A stretch of 64,000 nucleotides of DNA from Candidatus Latescibacterota bacterium (GCA_965217585.1 OZ244561.1:736001-800000); one strand, 5' to 3'. Shown: positions 1 to 10,789, counted from the stretch's first letter. Translations and numbers: made by a program. The notes: generated from the sequence alone by a model not told the origin.

Positions 1-2
1 AT

Positions 3-431
3 ACCAAGACCGGTGCCGTGCTCGACCGCACCTTCCGCTCGGGCGACAAGGTCGAGGCAGTCCGGCTCGAAAAGCGCCAGATGCAATACCTGTATTCCGA
101 CCAAGGGCTGTACTACTTCATGGACTTGGACACCTACGATCAGATCCCGGTGTCCGCAGAGATCGTCGGCGCGGCAAGCAACCTCCTCAAAGAAAGCGAG
201 AACGCTTTCCTCCTCATAGCGGGCGAGGAGGTCGTCGCCGTTGACCTACCCAACTTCGTATCCCTGGCCGTCACCCACACCGAACCGGGTATCAAGGGCG
301 ACACCGCCACTGGCGCGGTCAAGCCAGCTACCCTAGAGACCGGCTACGTGGTGCAAGTGCCGCTCTTTGTCAATAAGGGCGACCGGCTCAAGGTCGATAC
401 CCGCACTGGCGAATACGTAGAGCGCGTTTGA
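3..431 (+). CDS. efp: Elongation factor P (5' truncated by window edge)
   Basis: EF-P C-terminal motifs TEPGIKGDTA, KPATLETG, VPLFV..GD.LKVDTRTGEYVER; frame is open back to the window start. Confidence 0.97.
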   Translation, partial: TKTGAVLDRTFRSGDKVEAVRLEKRQMQYLYSDQGLYYFMDLDTYDQIPVSAEIVGAASNLLKESENAFLLIAGEEVVAVDLPNFVSLAVTHTEPGIKGDTATGAVKPATLETGYVVQVPLFVNKGDRLKVDTRTGEYVERV

Positions 432-449
432 GAAAGGACGACATCTCCT

Positions 450-896
450 GTGAACGAAGGCAAGCTGCGCAAACTGCTAGAGCTTTTCCACGATAGCGAC
501 ATAGAAGAGTTAGAGATCCAAACCAGCTTCTGGCACGGCACGCGCATCCGCCTGACCCGCAGCCCTGCGCCCGCACCAGTGGCACCCGCCGCGCCCATGC
601 CCATCGCACCCACCGCGCCCACTGAGCCAGTACCCACCGAAAAGACCGATGACGGCCTGCACGAGGTCCTCTCACCCATGGTCGGCACGTTTTACCGGGC
701 TACCTCGCCCGAGGCCGACCCCTTTGTGGGCGAGGGCCAGCGCGTCGAAAGCGGCCAGACCCTCTGCATTATCGAAGCCATGAAGATCATGAACGAGATT
801 CCAGCGGATATCCAAGGCGAAGTAGTCGAAATCCTCGTCGGCGACGCCCAGCCCGTTGAGTACAATCAAGCCCTGTTCAAAATTCGCCCCAGCTAA
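450..896 (+). CDS. accB: Acetyl-CoA carboxylase biotin carboxyl carrier protein
   Basis: Pro/Ala-rich linker, SPMVGTFY, biotinylation motif [10 protein letters not shown]; directly upstream of accC. Confidence 0.97.
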   Translation: MNEGKLRKLLELFHDSDIEELEIQTSFWHGTRIRLTRSPAPAPVAPAAPMPIAPTAPTEPVPTEKTDDGLHEVLSPMVGTFYRATSPEADPFVGEGQRVESGQTLCIIEAMKIMNEIPADIQGEVVEILVGDAQPVEYNQALFKIRPS

Positions 897-903
897 GACG
901 GCT

Positions 904-2238
904 GTGTTCGAGAAAGTCCTCATCGCCGACCGCGGCGAAATCGCGTTGCGCGTCATTCGCGCCTGCCAAGAGATGGGCATTGCGACAGTGGCCGTCCACT
1001 CCCAAGCCGACACCCACTCCCTGCACGTGTCCTTTGCCGACGAGGACGTCTGCATCGGGCCGGCGGCCGGCAAGGACAGCTACCGCAACATTGTCAATAT
1101 CATCAGCGCCGCCGAACTGACCAACGCCGACGCGATCCACCCCGGCTACGGCCCCTTGGCCGAAAACGCCGATTTCTCCGAGATCTGCGCCGATTGCGGG
1201 ATCCAGTTCATCGGCCCGCCGACCACGGCTATCCGCAAGATGGGCGATAAGGCCGTCGCCCGTCACACTATGCAGGAGGCCGGCGTGCCCGTAGTGCCGG
1301 GCAGCGAGGGCGCACTCCAGTCGCTGGACGACACCCGTCAATGGGCGAAAAAGATCGGCTTCCCGCTGCGTCTCAAGGCCGCCGCTGGCGGTGGCGGGCG
1401 CGGTATGAGGGTCGTCCGCAGCATGGATGAATTAGAGGAAGCCTATCAGATGGCGCGCCGCGAAGCACGCACCGCCTTTACCAGCGACGCCGTGTACATG
1501 GAGCGCTCCATCGAAGAGGCGCGCCACATCGAAATCCAAGTCCTCGGCGACCAGCACGGGCACCTCGTCCATCTCGGCGAGCGCGAATGTTCCATCCAGC
1601 GTCGGCACCAGAAGCTCTTGGAAGAAAGCCCCTCGCCAGTAGTTGACGCCGACTTGCGCCAGCGGCTCGGCGAGTCCACCCTCGCCGGCGCAGCGGCCGT
1701 CGGCTACTACAGCGCGGGCACCATTGAGTTCCTCGTCGATTCAGACCACAACTTCTACTTCATGGAGATGAATACCCGCATCCAAGTCGAACATCCCGTC
1801 ACCGAGATGGTCACTGGCATCGACTTAGTCGGGGAACAGATCCGCATCGCGGCCGGCGAATCCCTGAATTTTGGCCAAGAGGACATCCAGCTCAAAGGGC
1901 ACGCCATTGAGTGCCGGATCAACGCCGAGGATCCCGCGCGCAACTTCATTCCCTCTTCGGGCATCATCGAGGCCCTCCACCTGCCGGGCGGACCCGGCGT
2001 CCGCATCGATAGCCACATCTACCAAGGCTACGAGATTCCTCCTTATTACGACTCCCTGCTGGCCAAAATCATCGCCTACGGCCCCGACCGCCAAGGTGCC
2101 ATGGCGCGGATGCGTCGAGTCTTAGGGGAATGCACAATAGAAGGCGTGGCCACCACCCTGCCCTTTCACCAAACCCTACTCAACGAACCCGACTTTATCG
2201 CTGGGCAGTTTGACACCAACTACGTAGCCAACGCGTAG
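904..2238 (+). CDS. accC: Biotin carboxylase
   Basis: [47 protein letters not shown]; GTG at 904 is in frame with the 856 ORF and avoids overlap with accB. Confidence 0.96.
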   Translation: MFEKVLIADRGEIALRVIRACQEMGIATVAVHSQADTHSLHVSFADEDVCIGPAAGKDSYRNIVNIISAAELTNADAIHPGYGPLAENADFSEICADCGIQFIGPPTTAIRKMGDKAVARHTMQEAGVPVVPGSEGALQSLDDTRQWAKKIGFPLRLKAAAGGGGRGMRVVRSMDELEEAYQMARREARTAFTSDAVYMERSIEEARHIEIQVLGDQHGHLVHLGERECSIQRRHQKLLEESPSPVVDADLRQRLGESTLAGAAAVGYYSAGTIEFLVDSDHNFYFMEMNTRIQVEHPVTEMVTGIDLVGEQIRIAAGESLNFGQEDIQLKGHAIECRINAEDPARNFIPSSGIIEALHLPGGPGVRIDSHIYQGYEIPPYYDSLLAKIIAYGPDRQGAMARMRRVLGECTIEGVATTLPFHQTLLNEPDFIAGQFDTNYVANA

Positions 2239-2269
2239 CGGTCGTCTTAAACAAGCACGAGAGGCGATT

Positions 2270-2662
2270 ATGAGCCAGACCCAGATCCCCGAGCACTTGA
2301 TCTACTCGGAAAGCCACGAATGGCTTCTACTAGAAAGCGACATTGCCACCATCGGCGTTACAGATTTCGCCCAAACCGAGTTGGGAGACATAGTATTCGC
2401 CGAGTTGCCCGAGGTGGGTGAACACCTCGAAAGGGACGAAACCTTTGGCACGCTTGAGGCGGTTAAGACCGTCGCCGACCTCATCGCCCCGGCTTCCGGC
2501 GAGGTGCTAGAAGTCAACGACAGCCTCGCGGAAGGGGCCGAACAGATCAACCAAGACCCTTATGGCGGCGGTTGGCTGCTCAAGATCCGCATCGACGACG
2601 CTGCGGACTTGGAGCACTTGCTCAGCGCCCAAGAGTACGCCGACCTGCTCGCCAACCACTGA
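2270..2662 (+). CDS. gcvH: Glycine cleavage system H protein
   Basis: HEW, IGVTDFAQTELGDIVF, lipoyl motif EAVKTV, NQDPYGGGWL. Confidence 0.96.
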   Translation: MSQTQIPEHLIYSESHEWLLLESDIATIGVTDFAQTELGDIVFAELPEVGEHLERDETFGTLEAVKTVADLIAPASGEVLEVNDSLAEGAEQINQDPYGGGWLLKIRIDDAADLEHLLSAQEYADLLANH

Positions 2663-2817
2663 CATCGCGCTTGCACTTGTTTATTGTAAATACGCTTTTT
2701 ATAAGGAATACAAATTGTATCGTGGGAGGGTGAAGCTGTAAAATAAATCCAATCCCGAGGGTTGGAACATGCCAAAAGTAGCTTAAATTTAATTAGCTCT
2801 ACACCGCGGATAGACCC

Positions 2818-3321
2818 TTGCTGGAAAGAACCGTACTCGTCCTCAATCAAAACTACGAGCCCCTGAGCGTGTGCAGCGTGCGCCGGGCCTTGTTGCTGAT
2901 TTTGCGTGGGAAGGCCGAAGCCGTCGAGAAGATGGGTGAGGTGATCCATTCGATCTCCCAAGAGTATCCGGTGCCCAGCGTCGTCCGCCTCGGGCGCTAC
3001 ATCCGCGCCCCGCGCCGACGGGTCGTGCTTTCCAAGCGCAATATCCTCAAGCGCGACAACCACCAGTGCCAGTACTGCGGCAGCAAAGACGGCAAGCTGA
3101 CGGTCGATCACATCGTGCCGCGCACCAAAGGGGGCCAAGGGACTTGGGAAAACCTCGTCTGTGCCTGCGCCTTGTGCAATAACAAGAAAGGCGAACACCG
3201 GCCCGAGCAGGTCGGCCTCGCGTTGCGCACCAAACCCAAGCGCCCCAACAACGTGAGCTTCATCCGCAACTTCGTCGGCATCGACGATCAGCGCTGGAAA
3301 CCGTATCTTTTTATCGACTAA
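2818..3321 (+). CDS. HNH endonuclease family protein (McrA-like)
   Basis: VLVLNQNYEPL N-terminus, RDNHQCQYCG, TVDHIVPR..GG..TWENLVCACALCNNKK. Confidence 0.92.
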   Translation: MLERTVLVLNQNYEPLSVCSVRRALLLILRGKAEAVEKMGEVIHSISQEYPVPSVVRLGRYIRAPRRRVVLSKRNILKRDNHQCQYCGSKDGKLTVDHIVPRTKGGQGTWENLVCACALCNNKKGEHRPEQVGLALRTKPKRPNNVSFIRNFVGIDDQRWKPYLFID

Positions 3322-3334
3322 GGCAGGCGCTCTC

Positions 3335-4120
3335 ATGGAACGCGACTTGATCGAACAAGAAGAAGAATCGGCTCTCTACGAAGTCAAACTCGACGTCTTT
3401 GAAGGTCCGATGGACCTGTTGCTCTATCTGATACGCAAAGACGAGTTGGACATCTACGACATTCCCATCGCCCACATCACCACCCAGTACTTGGGCTTTT
3501 TGCAACACATCCACCAACTCGACATCGAACAGGCCAGCGACTTCATCCTCATGGCGGCCACCCTACTGCGGATCAAGTCGCAGATGATGCTGCCCCGCGA
3601 GGAACTCGGTCTCGACGACGAGGGCGAGGAAGACCCCAAGGCCGAGTTGGTCCGCCGCCTGCTAGAGTACCAGCAATTTAAGGACATCGCCGACTGGCTG
3701 GGCGTGCGCAAAAACGAGCGGCGCGACGTGTACCTGCGCCGCCAAGGGCCTGACGACGGCGTCGGGGAGTCGGCCCAGCTACGGCCCGTATCGCTCTTCG
3801 ACCTGTTGGCCGTGTACAAGCACGTGCTCGACACGGTGCCCGAAAACCTAGTACACCAAATCGTCGAAGAAGAGGTCTCGGTCGCCGAGTGCATCGACTA
3901 TCTGTTGGCGGTGCTCGCGCGCAATTCGCGCATCAGCTTCATGGACCTGCTCCAAGGCCGCGACCGCCAAGCCCTAATCGCCACCTTCGTCGGGATCCTA
4001 GAACTGCTCAAATCGCAGCGCGTCCGCGTGCAACAGGCGCGGCCCTTCGACGAGATCTGGATCGAACAATCACCACTCCAACCGACCGCAGCGGGGGCCA
4101 TTCAGACCCGTGAGCCATGA
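3335..4120 (+). CDS. scpA: Segregation and condensation protein A
   Basis: FEGPMDLLLYLI..DELDIYDIPI, LVRRLLEY, TFVGILEL; adjacent to scpB. Confidence 0.95.
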   Translation: MERDLIEQEEESALYEVKLDVFEGPMDLLLYLIRKDELDIYDIPIAHITTQYLGFLQHIHQLDIEQASDFILMAATLLRIKSQMMLPREELGLDDEGEEDPKAELVRRLLEYQQFKDIADWLGVRKNERRDVYLRRQGPDDGVGESAQLRPVSLFDLLAVYKHVLDTVPENLVHQIVEEEVSVAECIDYLLAVLARNSRISFMDLLQGRDRQALIATFVGILELLKSQRVRVQQARPFDEIWIEQSPLQPTAAGAIQTREP

Positions 4121-4766
4121 ACCCACAGCGGCCTCGCGCGACGTCGATCCTGCGAAGGCTCGGGCGATCATTGAGGCCATCCTGCTGACGGCGACCGAGC
4201 CAGTGACCCCGGGCCGCCTCGTCCACCTGCTCGCCGGGTACAACGGCCGCGATATCCGCGAGGCCATCGACGCGCTCAACGCCCAGTACGAAGCGGCCGG
4301 GCACGGGATCGAAGTCGTCGAACTAGCGGGTGGCTATCAGCTCGCCTCGCGCCAAGAATGCGGACCTTGGCTGCGCAAGTACCACAGGACCTCGCGCCAA
4401 GTGCGCCTCTCTGCGGCGGGCCTCGAAGTCCTCGCCATCGTCGCCTTCAAGCAGCCGGTCACCCGCGTCGAGATCGACAACATCCGCGGCGTTAGCTCGG
4501 CCAGCGTGTTGCAAACGCTGATGGAACTCAACATGGTCCGTCTCGCCGGTCGCTCCGACGGCATTGGCAAACCCATGCTCTTTGGCACGACCCGAGAATT
4601 TTTGGTCCACTTTGGGCTGCGGGGACTAGGCGAGCTACCTAAGCCCAAGGAATTAGAAGAGCTAATCGCCGAGGGCCAGCAGCCAGCCGCAGCCCGACAA
4701 CTCGCCACTGAGCTGGACGAGTTGCAAAAGCAGGCGGAGGAAGGGAGCGAAGATGAACGCTCCTGA
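4110..4766 (+). CDS. scpB: Segregation and condensation protein B
   Basis: LSAAGLEVLAIVAFKQPVTRVEIDNIRGV, GKPMLFGTT..FL..FGL. Confidence 0.95.
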   Translation: MSHEPTAASRDVDPAKARAIIEAILLTATEPVTPGRLVHLLAGYNGRDIREAIDALNAQYEAAGHGIEVVELAGGYQLASRQECGPWLRKYHRTSRQVRLSAAGLEVLAIVAFKQPVTRVEIDNIRGVSSASVLQTLMELNMVRLAGRSDGIGKPMLFGTTREFLVHFGLRGLGELPKPKELEELIAEGQQPAAARQLATELDELQKQAEEGSEDERS

Positions 4767-5502
4767 GCCGCAAATGCGCCTCAATCGCTTCTTGGCCCGC
4801 TGCGGTGTAGCCTCGCGCCGCCACAGCGATGCGCTGATACAAAGCGGCGCGGTGCGCATCAACGGCGAGGTCGTCGCCGAGCCGGGGCGCGTGGTCGCAG
4901 TGAGTGCCGACCGAGTCGAGTGCCGCGGCCGCGTCGTCGCCCTGCCCGGCCAGTATGAATACGTGCTTTTGCACAAACCGGCCGGGTATCTAGTCACCCG
5001 CAGCGACCCACGCGACCGGCCCACGATCTTCGACCTCTTGCCCGACCTTCACCCAGGCACCGTGCCCGTGGGTCGTCTCGACCTCGACACCACCGGGCTT
5101 TTGCTACTGACCGACGACGGTGACCTCGGCTATCGGCTGCTGCACCCGCGCTTTGTCGTCGACAAGCGCTACGAGGCCATCGTCAGCGGCGATCCACACG
5201 AGGACCGGCTCGACCGGCTGCGCGAGGGCATCGCGCTCGACGACGGCCCCACAGCACCGGCTCAGGTCCAAGTCGAGGAGCGCTGGAGCAGCGGTTGGGT
5301 CAAACAGGCGCGGCTGAGCCTTTGCATTCACGAGGGGCGCAAGCGCCAAGTCCGCCGCATGCTCCGCGCTGTCGGCTACCCGGTGCGGCAATTGACGCGG
5401 GTCGAATTTGCCGGGCTGACCCTCGCCCCGCTCGCCGCAGGCCAACACCGCCGTCTCAGCCCCGGGGAAGTCCGCCGCCTCAAAGCCGAGGTCGGTCTGT
5501 GA
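4753..5502 (+). CDS. rluB: rRNA pseudouridine synthase (RluB/RsuA family)
   Basis: S4 domain RLNRFLARCGVASRR, catalytic GRLDLDTTGLLLLTDDG, EGRKRQVRRM; typical scpAB-rluB-cmk-rpsA order. Confidence 0.88.
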   Translation: MNAPEPQMRLNRFLARCGVASRRHSDALIQSGAVRINGEVVAEPGRVVAVSADRVECRGRVVALPGQYEYVLLHKPAGYLVTRSDPRDRPTIFDLLPDLHPGTVPVGRLDLDTTGLLLLTDDGDLGYRLLHPRFVVDKRYEAIVSGDPHEDRLDRLREGIALDDGPTAPAQVQVEERWSSGWVKQARLSLCIHEGRKRQVRRMLRAVGYPVRQLTRVEFAGLTLAPLAAGQHRRLSPGEVRRLKAEVGL

Positions 5503-6170
5503 AGCGACGCGGGCTGGTCATCGCCATCGATGGCACCGTCGGTACCGGCAAGACGACCACCGCACAGCGGGTGGCCGAGCGGCTGGGCTATCGCCACCTC
5601 GACACCGGGGCCATGTATCGAGCCGTGGCTTTAGCAGCGACCCGCCGTGGGGTGGAACCCGAGGATGAGGACGCGCTGGAGGCCCTATTGGCCACTTCGA
5701 CCATAGATTTGGACTCTTGCCGGGGGCACGTGCTGCTCGACGGACAGGACATCAGCGAAGCGATTCGCCGGCCCGAGATCACCCGCCGGGCAGGTGCGTA
5801 TGCAGACGTGCCCTTGGTGCGCCACTCCCTAGTCGCCCAGCAGCAGCGATTGGGCCAGTGGGGCGGCGTAGTCGCCGAGGGGCGCGACATAGCCGCGGTG
5901 GTCTTTCCCGACGCCGAGCTAAAAATCGCCTTGGTGGCCGACCTCGATGAGCGCACCCGGCGGCGGCATCGGGAATTGACCGCCAAAGGAGTGTGCATCA
6001 CATTGGAGCAAGTCCGGTCCGACATCCAAACTCGAGATCGGGAAGACGCCGAGCGCGACTACGGAGGTACGAGCGCAGCGGCCGAGATCGTCGAGATTGA
6101 CACGACTCGAATGACTTTTGAAGACCAAGTTGACTGCGTCGTCGCATTGGCTCGCCAACGCGGCGCCTAA
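5499..6170 (+). CDS. cmk: Cytidylate kinase
   Basis: IAIDGTVGTGKTT P-loop, LDTGAMYRAVA, VAEGRDI..VVFPDAELK; GTG start at 5499 overlaps the rluB stop. Confidence 0.93.
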   Translation: MKRRGLVIAIDGTVGTGKTTTAQRVAERLGYRHLDTGAMYRAVALAATRRGVEPEDEDALEALLATSTIDLDSCRGHVLLDGQDISEAIRRPEITRRAGAYADVPLVRHSLVAQQQRLGQWGGVVAEGRDIAAVVFPDAELKIALVADLDERTRRRHRELTAKGVCITLEQVRSDIQTRDREDAERDYGGTSAAAEIVEIDTTRMTFEDQVDCVVALARQRGA

Positions 6171-6251
6171 CGCTGGCGCGGAAAGGCCGCGCCGGTATCA
6201 CACTACGCGAAGTGCTCGCTTCGCTTTAACCTTTTTGAGGATCTGCACAAC

Positions 6252-8075
6252 ATGACTGAAGAAACCACAGTAACAGAAGAGCCGCAGGAAGCAACAGAAG
6301 CACAACAAGAAGCTCCTGTGTACGGCAACGTCAGCGTCGAAGAGCTGGAGAAGCCCGAGTACGATCAGGCCCAATTCGACGAATTCATGGCCCTCTACGA
6401 GGAGAGCATCTCCGGCATCAAAGAGGGTCAGATCGTCAAGGGCACGGTCGTCTCAATCGGCCCCAGTGAGGTGATGGTCGATATCGGCTTCAAGTCCGAA
6501 GGCGCGGTGCCGATCAAGGAATTTTCCGACCCCGAGTCCATTGAGAACGGCCAAGAAATCGAGGTCTTCTTAGAAGACGTCGAAGACGAAGAGGGCCAAG
6601 TCGTGCTCTCCAAGCAGAAGGCCGACTTCATGCGGGTCTGGGATTCGATCAAGGATGCTCACGACACCGGCAACACCGTCGAGGGCCGGCTGATGCGGCG
6701 CATCAAGGGCGGCATCGTCGTCAATCTCTTTGGCGTCGAGGCCTTTCTGCCCGGCTCGCAGATCGACATCCGTCAAGTCAAGAACTTCGACCAGTTCATC
6801 GGCCACGAGTTTCCCTTTAAGATCATCAAGCTCAACAAGGCGCGGCGGAACATCGTCGTCTCGCGCCGCGCCGTGCTAGAGGAAGAGCGTGCGCGGATGC
6901 GCGAGGAGATCGTCAAGGTGTTGGAGGAAGGCCAGATCCGCGAGGGCATCGTCAAGAACATCACCGACTTCGGTGCCTTCATCGACTTGGGCGGCGTCGA
7001 TGGCCTCCTCCACATCACCGACATGTCGTGGGGGCGCGTCAACCACCCCTCGGAGTTGGTCTCTATCGGCGACCGCATCAAGGTCAAGGTGCTCAGCTAC
7101 GACCGCAAGCGCGAACGCATCTCCTTGGGGCTTAAGCAGCTAACCCCCCATCCGTGGGAGAACATCGAGAAAAAGTACCCGATTGAGAGCCAAATTCGCG
7201 GCAAGGTGGTCTCCATCACCGACTACGGTGCCTTCGTCGAGCTGGAGGAAGGCATCGAGGGCCTAGTCCACATCTCTGAGATGTCCTGGACCCAGCACGT
7301 GCGCCATCCTTCCAAGCTGGTTGAAATCGGCGACATCGTCGAGGTGAAGGTGCTCAAGATCGACAGCGAGAACCAGAAGATCTCGCTCGGCATGAAGCAA
7401 ACCGAGGACGATCCGTGGGATACCCTCGACGCCAAGTATCCCCCCGGCACCAAGATCGAGGGCACGGTATGCAGCCTGACCAACTTCGGGGCCTTCATCG
7501 AGATCGAGGACAACATCGACGGGCTAGTCCATATTTCGGATATGTCTTGGACTAAGCGCATCCGCCAAGCCAGCGAAATGTTCAAAAAGGGCGACGTGAT
7601 TCCCGTAGTCGTCTCCGAAATCGACATCAAGCGCCGCCGCATCTCGCTCAGCCACAAGGATGCCTTTGAAAACCCCTGGTCTCGCTTCGCCGATCAGTAC
7701 GCGGTGGGCGTCGAGGCCCAGGGCGCGATCTCGCGGATCCTCGAGCGCGGCGTCGTCGTTTCGCTCGTCGACGAAGTTGACGGGTTCGTGCCACTGTCGC
7801 ATTTGGCCATCGACGAGTTGCAAAACCCGCGCCAGAGCTTTGCCGAAGGGCAGGAACTCCCGCTAGAGGTCATCGAGTTCGACAAGAACCAGAAAAAGAT
7901 CGTCCTCAGCGTGCGCGAGTACTTCAAGGACAAGGACCAAGCCGAGTACGAAGCCTACTTAGCCGACCATCCCGTCCAAGAGGTCGCCGCCGAGGTCGCC
8001 GCCGAGGTCGCCGCCGACAAGGACGACGAGATGGAGAGCTGGGGAGACGCCCACTACGAGCAAGACGAGTCGTAA
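6252..8075 (+). CDS. rpsA: 30S ribosomal protein S1
   Basis: Six S1 repeats (e.g. ITDFGAFIDLGGVDGLLHITDMSW), downstream of cmk. Confidence 0.98.
   Translation: MTEETTVTEEPQEATEAQQEAPVYGNVSVEELEKPEYDQAQFDEFMALYEESISGIKEGQIVKGTVVSIGPSEVMVDIGFKSEGAVPIKEFSDPESIENGQEIEVFLEDVEDEEGQVVLSKQKADFMRVWDSIKDAHDTGNTVEGRLMRRIKGGIVVNLFGVEAFLPGSQIDIRQVKNFDQFIGHEFPFKIIKLNKARRNIVVSRRAVLEEERARMREEIVKVLEEGQIREGIVKNITDFGAFIDLGGVDGLLHITDMSWGRVNHPSELVSIGDRIKVKVLSYDRKRERISLGLKQLTPHPWENIEKKYPIESQIRGKVVSITDYGAFVELEEGIEGLVHISEMSWTQHVRHPSKLVEIGDIVEVKVLKIDSENQKISLGMKQTEDDPWDTLDAKYPPGTKIEGTVCSLTNFGAFIEIEDNIDGLVHISDMSWTKRIRQASEMFKKGDVIPVVVSEIDIKRRRISLSHKDAFENPWSRFADQYAVGVEAQGAISRILERGVVVSLVDEVDGFVPLSHLAIDELQNPRQSFAEGQELPLEVIEFDKNQKKIVLSVREYFKDKDQAEYEAYLADHPVQEVAAEVAAEVAADKDDEMESWGDAHYEQDES
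7980..8015 (+). repeat. 12-bp tandem repeat x3 (GAGGTCGCCGCC, EVAA) in the rpsA tail
   Basis: Three perfect copies read directly. Confidence 0.9.
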
Positions 8076-8095
8076 GCTCCGCAGCAACAACCAAG

Positions 8096-8135
8096 CGCGG
8101 TGGGACGAACGATCGTTCCACCGCGTTTTTATTTC
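8096..8135 (+). terminator. Rho-independent terminator after rpsA
   Basis: 13-bp stem CGCGGTGGGACGA/TCGTTCCACCGCG (one G-U), 4-nt loop, then TTTTTATTT. Confidence 0.85.
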
Positions 8136-8167
8136 TGCCAACCCCAACCCACTAACCGGCCCCCACC

Positions 8168-10789
8168 ATGCCACCGAGAACCAAGCTCACTCCGGCGATG
8201 GAGCAGTACATGCACTTTAAGCGTCAGCACCCCGACGCGATTCTCTTCTTCCGCATGGGCGACTTCTACGAGATGTTCTGCGACGACGCCAAAGAGGCCG
8301 CGCGCCTGCTGGGCCTCACCCTGACCTCGCGCCCGGCCGGCAAATCCGGCGACTTGCCCCTCGCCGGCGTGCCCCATCACGCCATGGAAGGCTATCTGGC
8401 CAAACTCATCCAGCTCGGGCGCAAGGTCGCCATTTGCGAGCAGATCGAAGATCCCAAAAAGGCCAAGGGCGTGGTCAAGCGCGACGTAGTCGAGGTCGTC
8501 TCCCCAGGCACCGCGCTCTCCGACGCCATGCTCGACCAACAGCGCAACAACTTCCTCGTCGGCCTCTGCGCGCACTCCGGCCGCGTCGGCCTCGCCAGCG
8601 TCGATTTGTCAACCGGAGACTTCGCGCTCGACGAGATTCCCGCCAGCGACCTCGCCGACGAGCTGGAGAGCTTAGGCCCAGCCGAGCTGCTCATCGCCGA
8701 AGGGGCCGACGAACAATGGGTCGCCACCCTGCAAAACGCCCTGCCACAAGTGGCGCTCAGCCGCCTCGCGGACTGGCACTTCGCCGCCGACACCGCGTAC
8801 GAAACCCTCACCAGCCAGCTTCGCGTCCAGACGCTGAAGGGCTTTGGCTGCGAGGACATGGAGGCCGCCATCCGCGCCGGCGGGGCAACAGTGGCCTATT
8901 TGCGCGACAACCAGCGCGGTGCGGTCGAGCACATCAACCGCCTCCAGCGCAAGCACCGCGAGCACTTTGCCCTCATCGACGCCACGGCCCAGCGCAACCT
9001 AGAGCTTCTCGCCAATCGCCAAGATGGGGGCCGCGCCAACACCTTACTCGAAATCCTCGACCGCACCCGCACCCCCATGGGTGCGCGTCTGCTGCGCCAG
9101 TGGGTGACCCAGCCGCTCAAGTCCCCACCCTTAATCATCGACCGTCTAGAGGCCGTTGACGAGCTTCTACGCCAACGCGAAATCCGCCGCACCCTCGGCC
9201 AATGCCTAGAGCAAGTCGGCGACCTAGAGCGGCTGATTGCGCGGATTTGCTGTCTGCGGGCCAATGCCCGCGACATGGTGGGCCTCGCCCGCTCGCTCGA
9301 CACCGCGCCCGCCATTGGCACCGCGCTATCCCCGGCACAGAGCGCGCTCCTGCAAGAGCTGTGCTCCAAAGGGCTGCCCGACGTCAGCGAGCTGGTCTCC
9401 GAAATCCTCGGTTCCCTAGTCGATGCGCCCCCGGCGACCCTGACCGACGGCGGCCTAATCCGCGACGGCTATAACCCGGATGTTGATGATCTGCGGCGAA
9501 TCGCCCGCGGCGGCAAGGAATACATCGCCCGCTTGCAGGCCACCGAGCGCGAGCGCACCGGCATTGCCTCGCTCAAGATCGGCTACAACCAAGTCTTTGG
9601 TTACTACATTGAGATCAGCAAGGCCAACCTCGACAAAGCTCCCGCCGAGTATCATCGCAAACAGACCTTGGCCAACGCCGAGCGCTTCATCACGCCTGAG
9701 CTAAAGGAATACGAGGAAAAGGTCCTAGGGGCCGAGGACCGCCTCAAAGAGCTGGAAAACGAGCTATTCTTGGCCCTGCGCGACCGCGCCGCCCGCTGGA
9801 CGCCCCAAGTCCAGCAGATCGCCCGCGCCATCGCGCGCATCGACGTGCTGTATTCCCTCGCCGAAGTCGCCGAGAGCGAATCCTACACCCGGCCCCAAGT
9901 CGATGATGGCCAGCTAATCGAAATCCGCGACGGCCGCCACCCGGTCGTCGAGCGTCAACTCCACACGGGCCGCTTCGTGCCCAACGATGTGCGCCTCGAC
10001 ACCAACGGGGCGCAGATCATGCTCATCACCGGCCCGAATATGGCCGGCAAGAGCACCATCATCCGCCAAGTGGGTCTCATCGCGCTGATGGCGCAGATGG
10101 GCAGCTTCGTCCCCGCGCGGCAAGCTACCATCGGCGTCGTCGATCGCATCTTCACCCGCGTGGGCGCGTCCGACAACCTCGCCGGTGGCGAGAGCACCTT
10201 CATGGTAGAGATGCACGAGGCAGCCAATATCCTCAACAACGCCACCAGCCGCAGCTTGCTCCTCATAGACGAACTTGGCCGCGGCACTAGCACCTTCGAC
10301 GGCCTGAGCATTGCCTGGGCTATTGTCGAGTATTTGCACCAGCACCGCGAGGTCCACCCGCGCACCCTTTTTGCCACGCATTACCACGAGATGACCGAAC
10401 TCGAAAGCCACCTAGAGCGCGTCGTCAACTTCAACGTGCAGGTGCGCGAAGAAGGCGACCGCGTGGTGTTCCTCCACCGCCTAGCCCCAGGGTCTGCCGA
10501 CCAAAGCTACGGCATCAACGTCGCGCAGATGGCCGGGATGCCGGACCAAGTCGTCGCGCGCGCCCAAGAAATCCTCGCCCGTCTCGAAAAGGACCAGATC
10601 GACACCACGGACATCCACCGCCCGGACGCGCCTCCGTCGGCCCCTAAACCCCAGCTCAATCTCTTCCCCGCGCCTGCGGACGCGCCGTGGGTGGCGGAGT
10701 TGCGGGACATGGACCTCAGCCAGATTACGCCGCTTCAGGCGTTGCTCAAGCTGAATGAGTGGAAAGAGAATATTAAAAATGGGGAATGA
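8168..10789 (+). CDS. mutS: DNA mismatch repair protein MutS
   Basis: TPAMEQY, FRMGDFYEMF, TGPNMAGKST, STFMVEM, DELGRGTSTFDG, FATHYHE, SYGINVA. Confidence 0.98.
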   Translation: MPPRTKLTPAMEQYMHFKRQHPDAILFFRMGDFYEMFCDDAKEAARLLGLTLTSRPAGKSGDLPLAGVPHHAMEGYLAKLIQLGRKVAICEQIEDPKKAKGVVKRDVVEVVSPGTALSDAMLDQQRNNFLVGLCAHSGRVGLASVDLSTGDFALDEIPASDLADELESLGPAELLIAEGADEQWVATLQNALPQVALSRLADWHFAADTAYETLTSQLRVQTLKGFGCEDMEAAIRAGGATVAYLRDNQRGAVEHINRLQRKHREHFALIDATAQRNLELLANRQDGGRANTLLEILDRTRTPMGARLLRQWVTQPLKSPPLIIDRLEAVDELLRQREIRRTLGQCLEQVGDLERLIARICCLRANARDMVGLARSLDTAPAIGTALSPAQSALLQELCSKGLPDVSELVSEILGSLVDAPPATLTDGGLIRDGYNPDVDDLRRIARGGKEYIARLQATERERTGIASLKIGYNQVFGYYIEISKANLDKAPAEYHRKQTLANAERFITPELKEYEEKVLGAEDRLKELENELFLALRDRAARWTPQVQQIARAIARIDVLYSLAEVAESESYTRPQVDDGQLIEIRDGRHPVVERQLHTGRFVPNDVRLDTNGAQIMLITGPNMAGKSTIIRQVGLIALMAQMGSFVPARQATIGVVDRIFTRVGASDNLAGGESTFMVEMHEAANILNNATSRSLLLIDELGRGTSTFDGLSIAWAIVEYLHQHREVHPRTLFATHYHEMTELESHLERVVNFNVQVREEGDRVVFLHRLAPGSADQSYGINVAQMAGMPDQVVARAQEILARLEKDQIDTTDIHRPDAPPSAPKPQLNLFPAPADAPWVAELRDMDLSQITPLQALLKLNEWKENIKNGE

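Noticed and set aside
2818-3321. IscB/Cas9-like RNA-guided nuclease
   Set aside because: 167-aa stand-alone HNH with no RuvC segments or PLMP motif, in a housekeeping operon.
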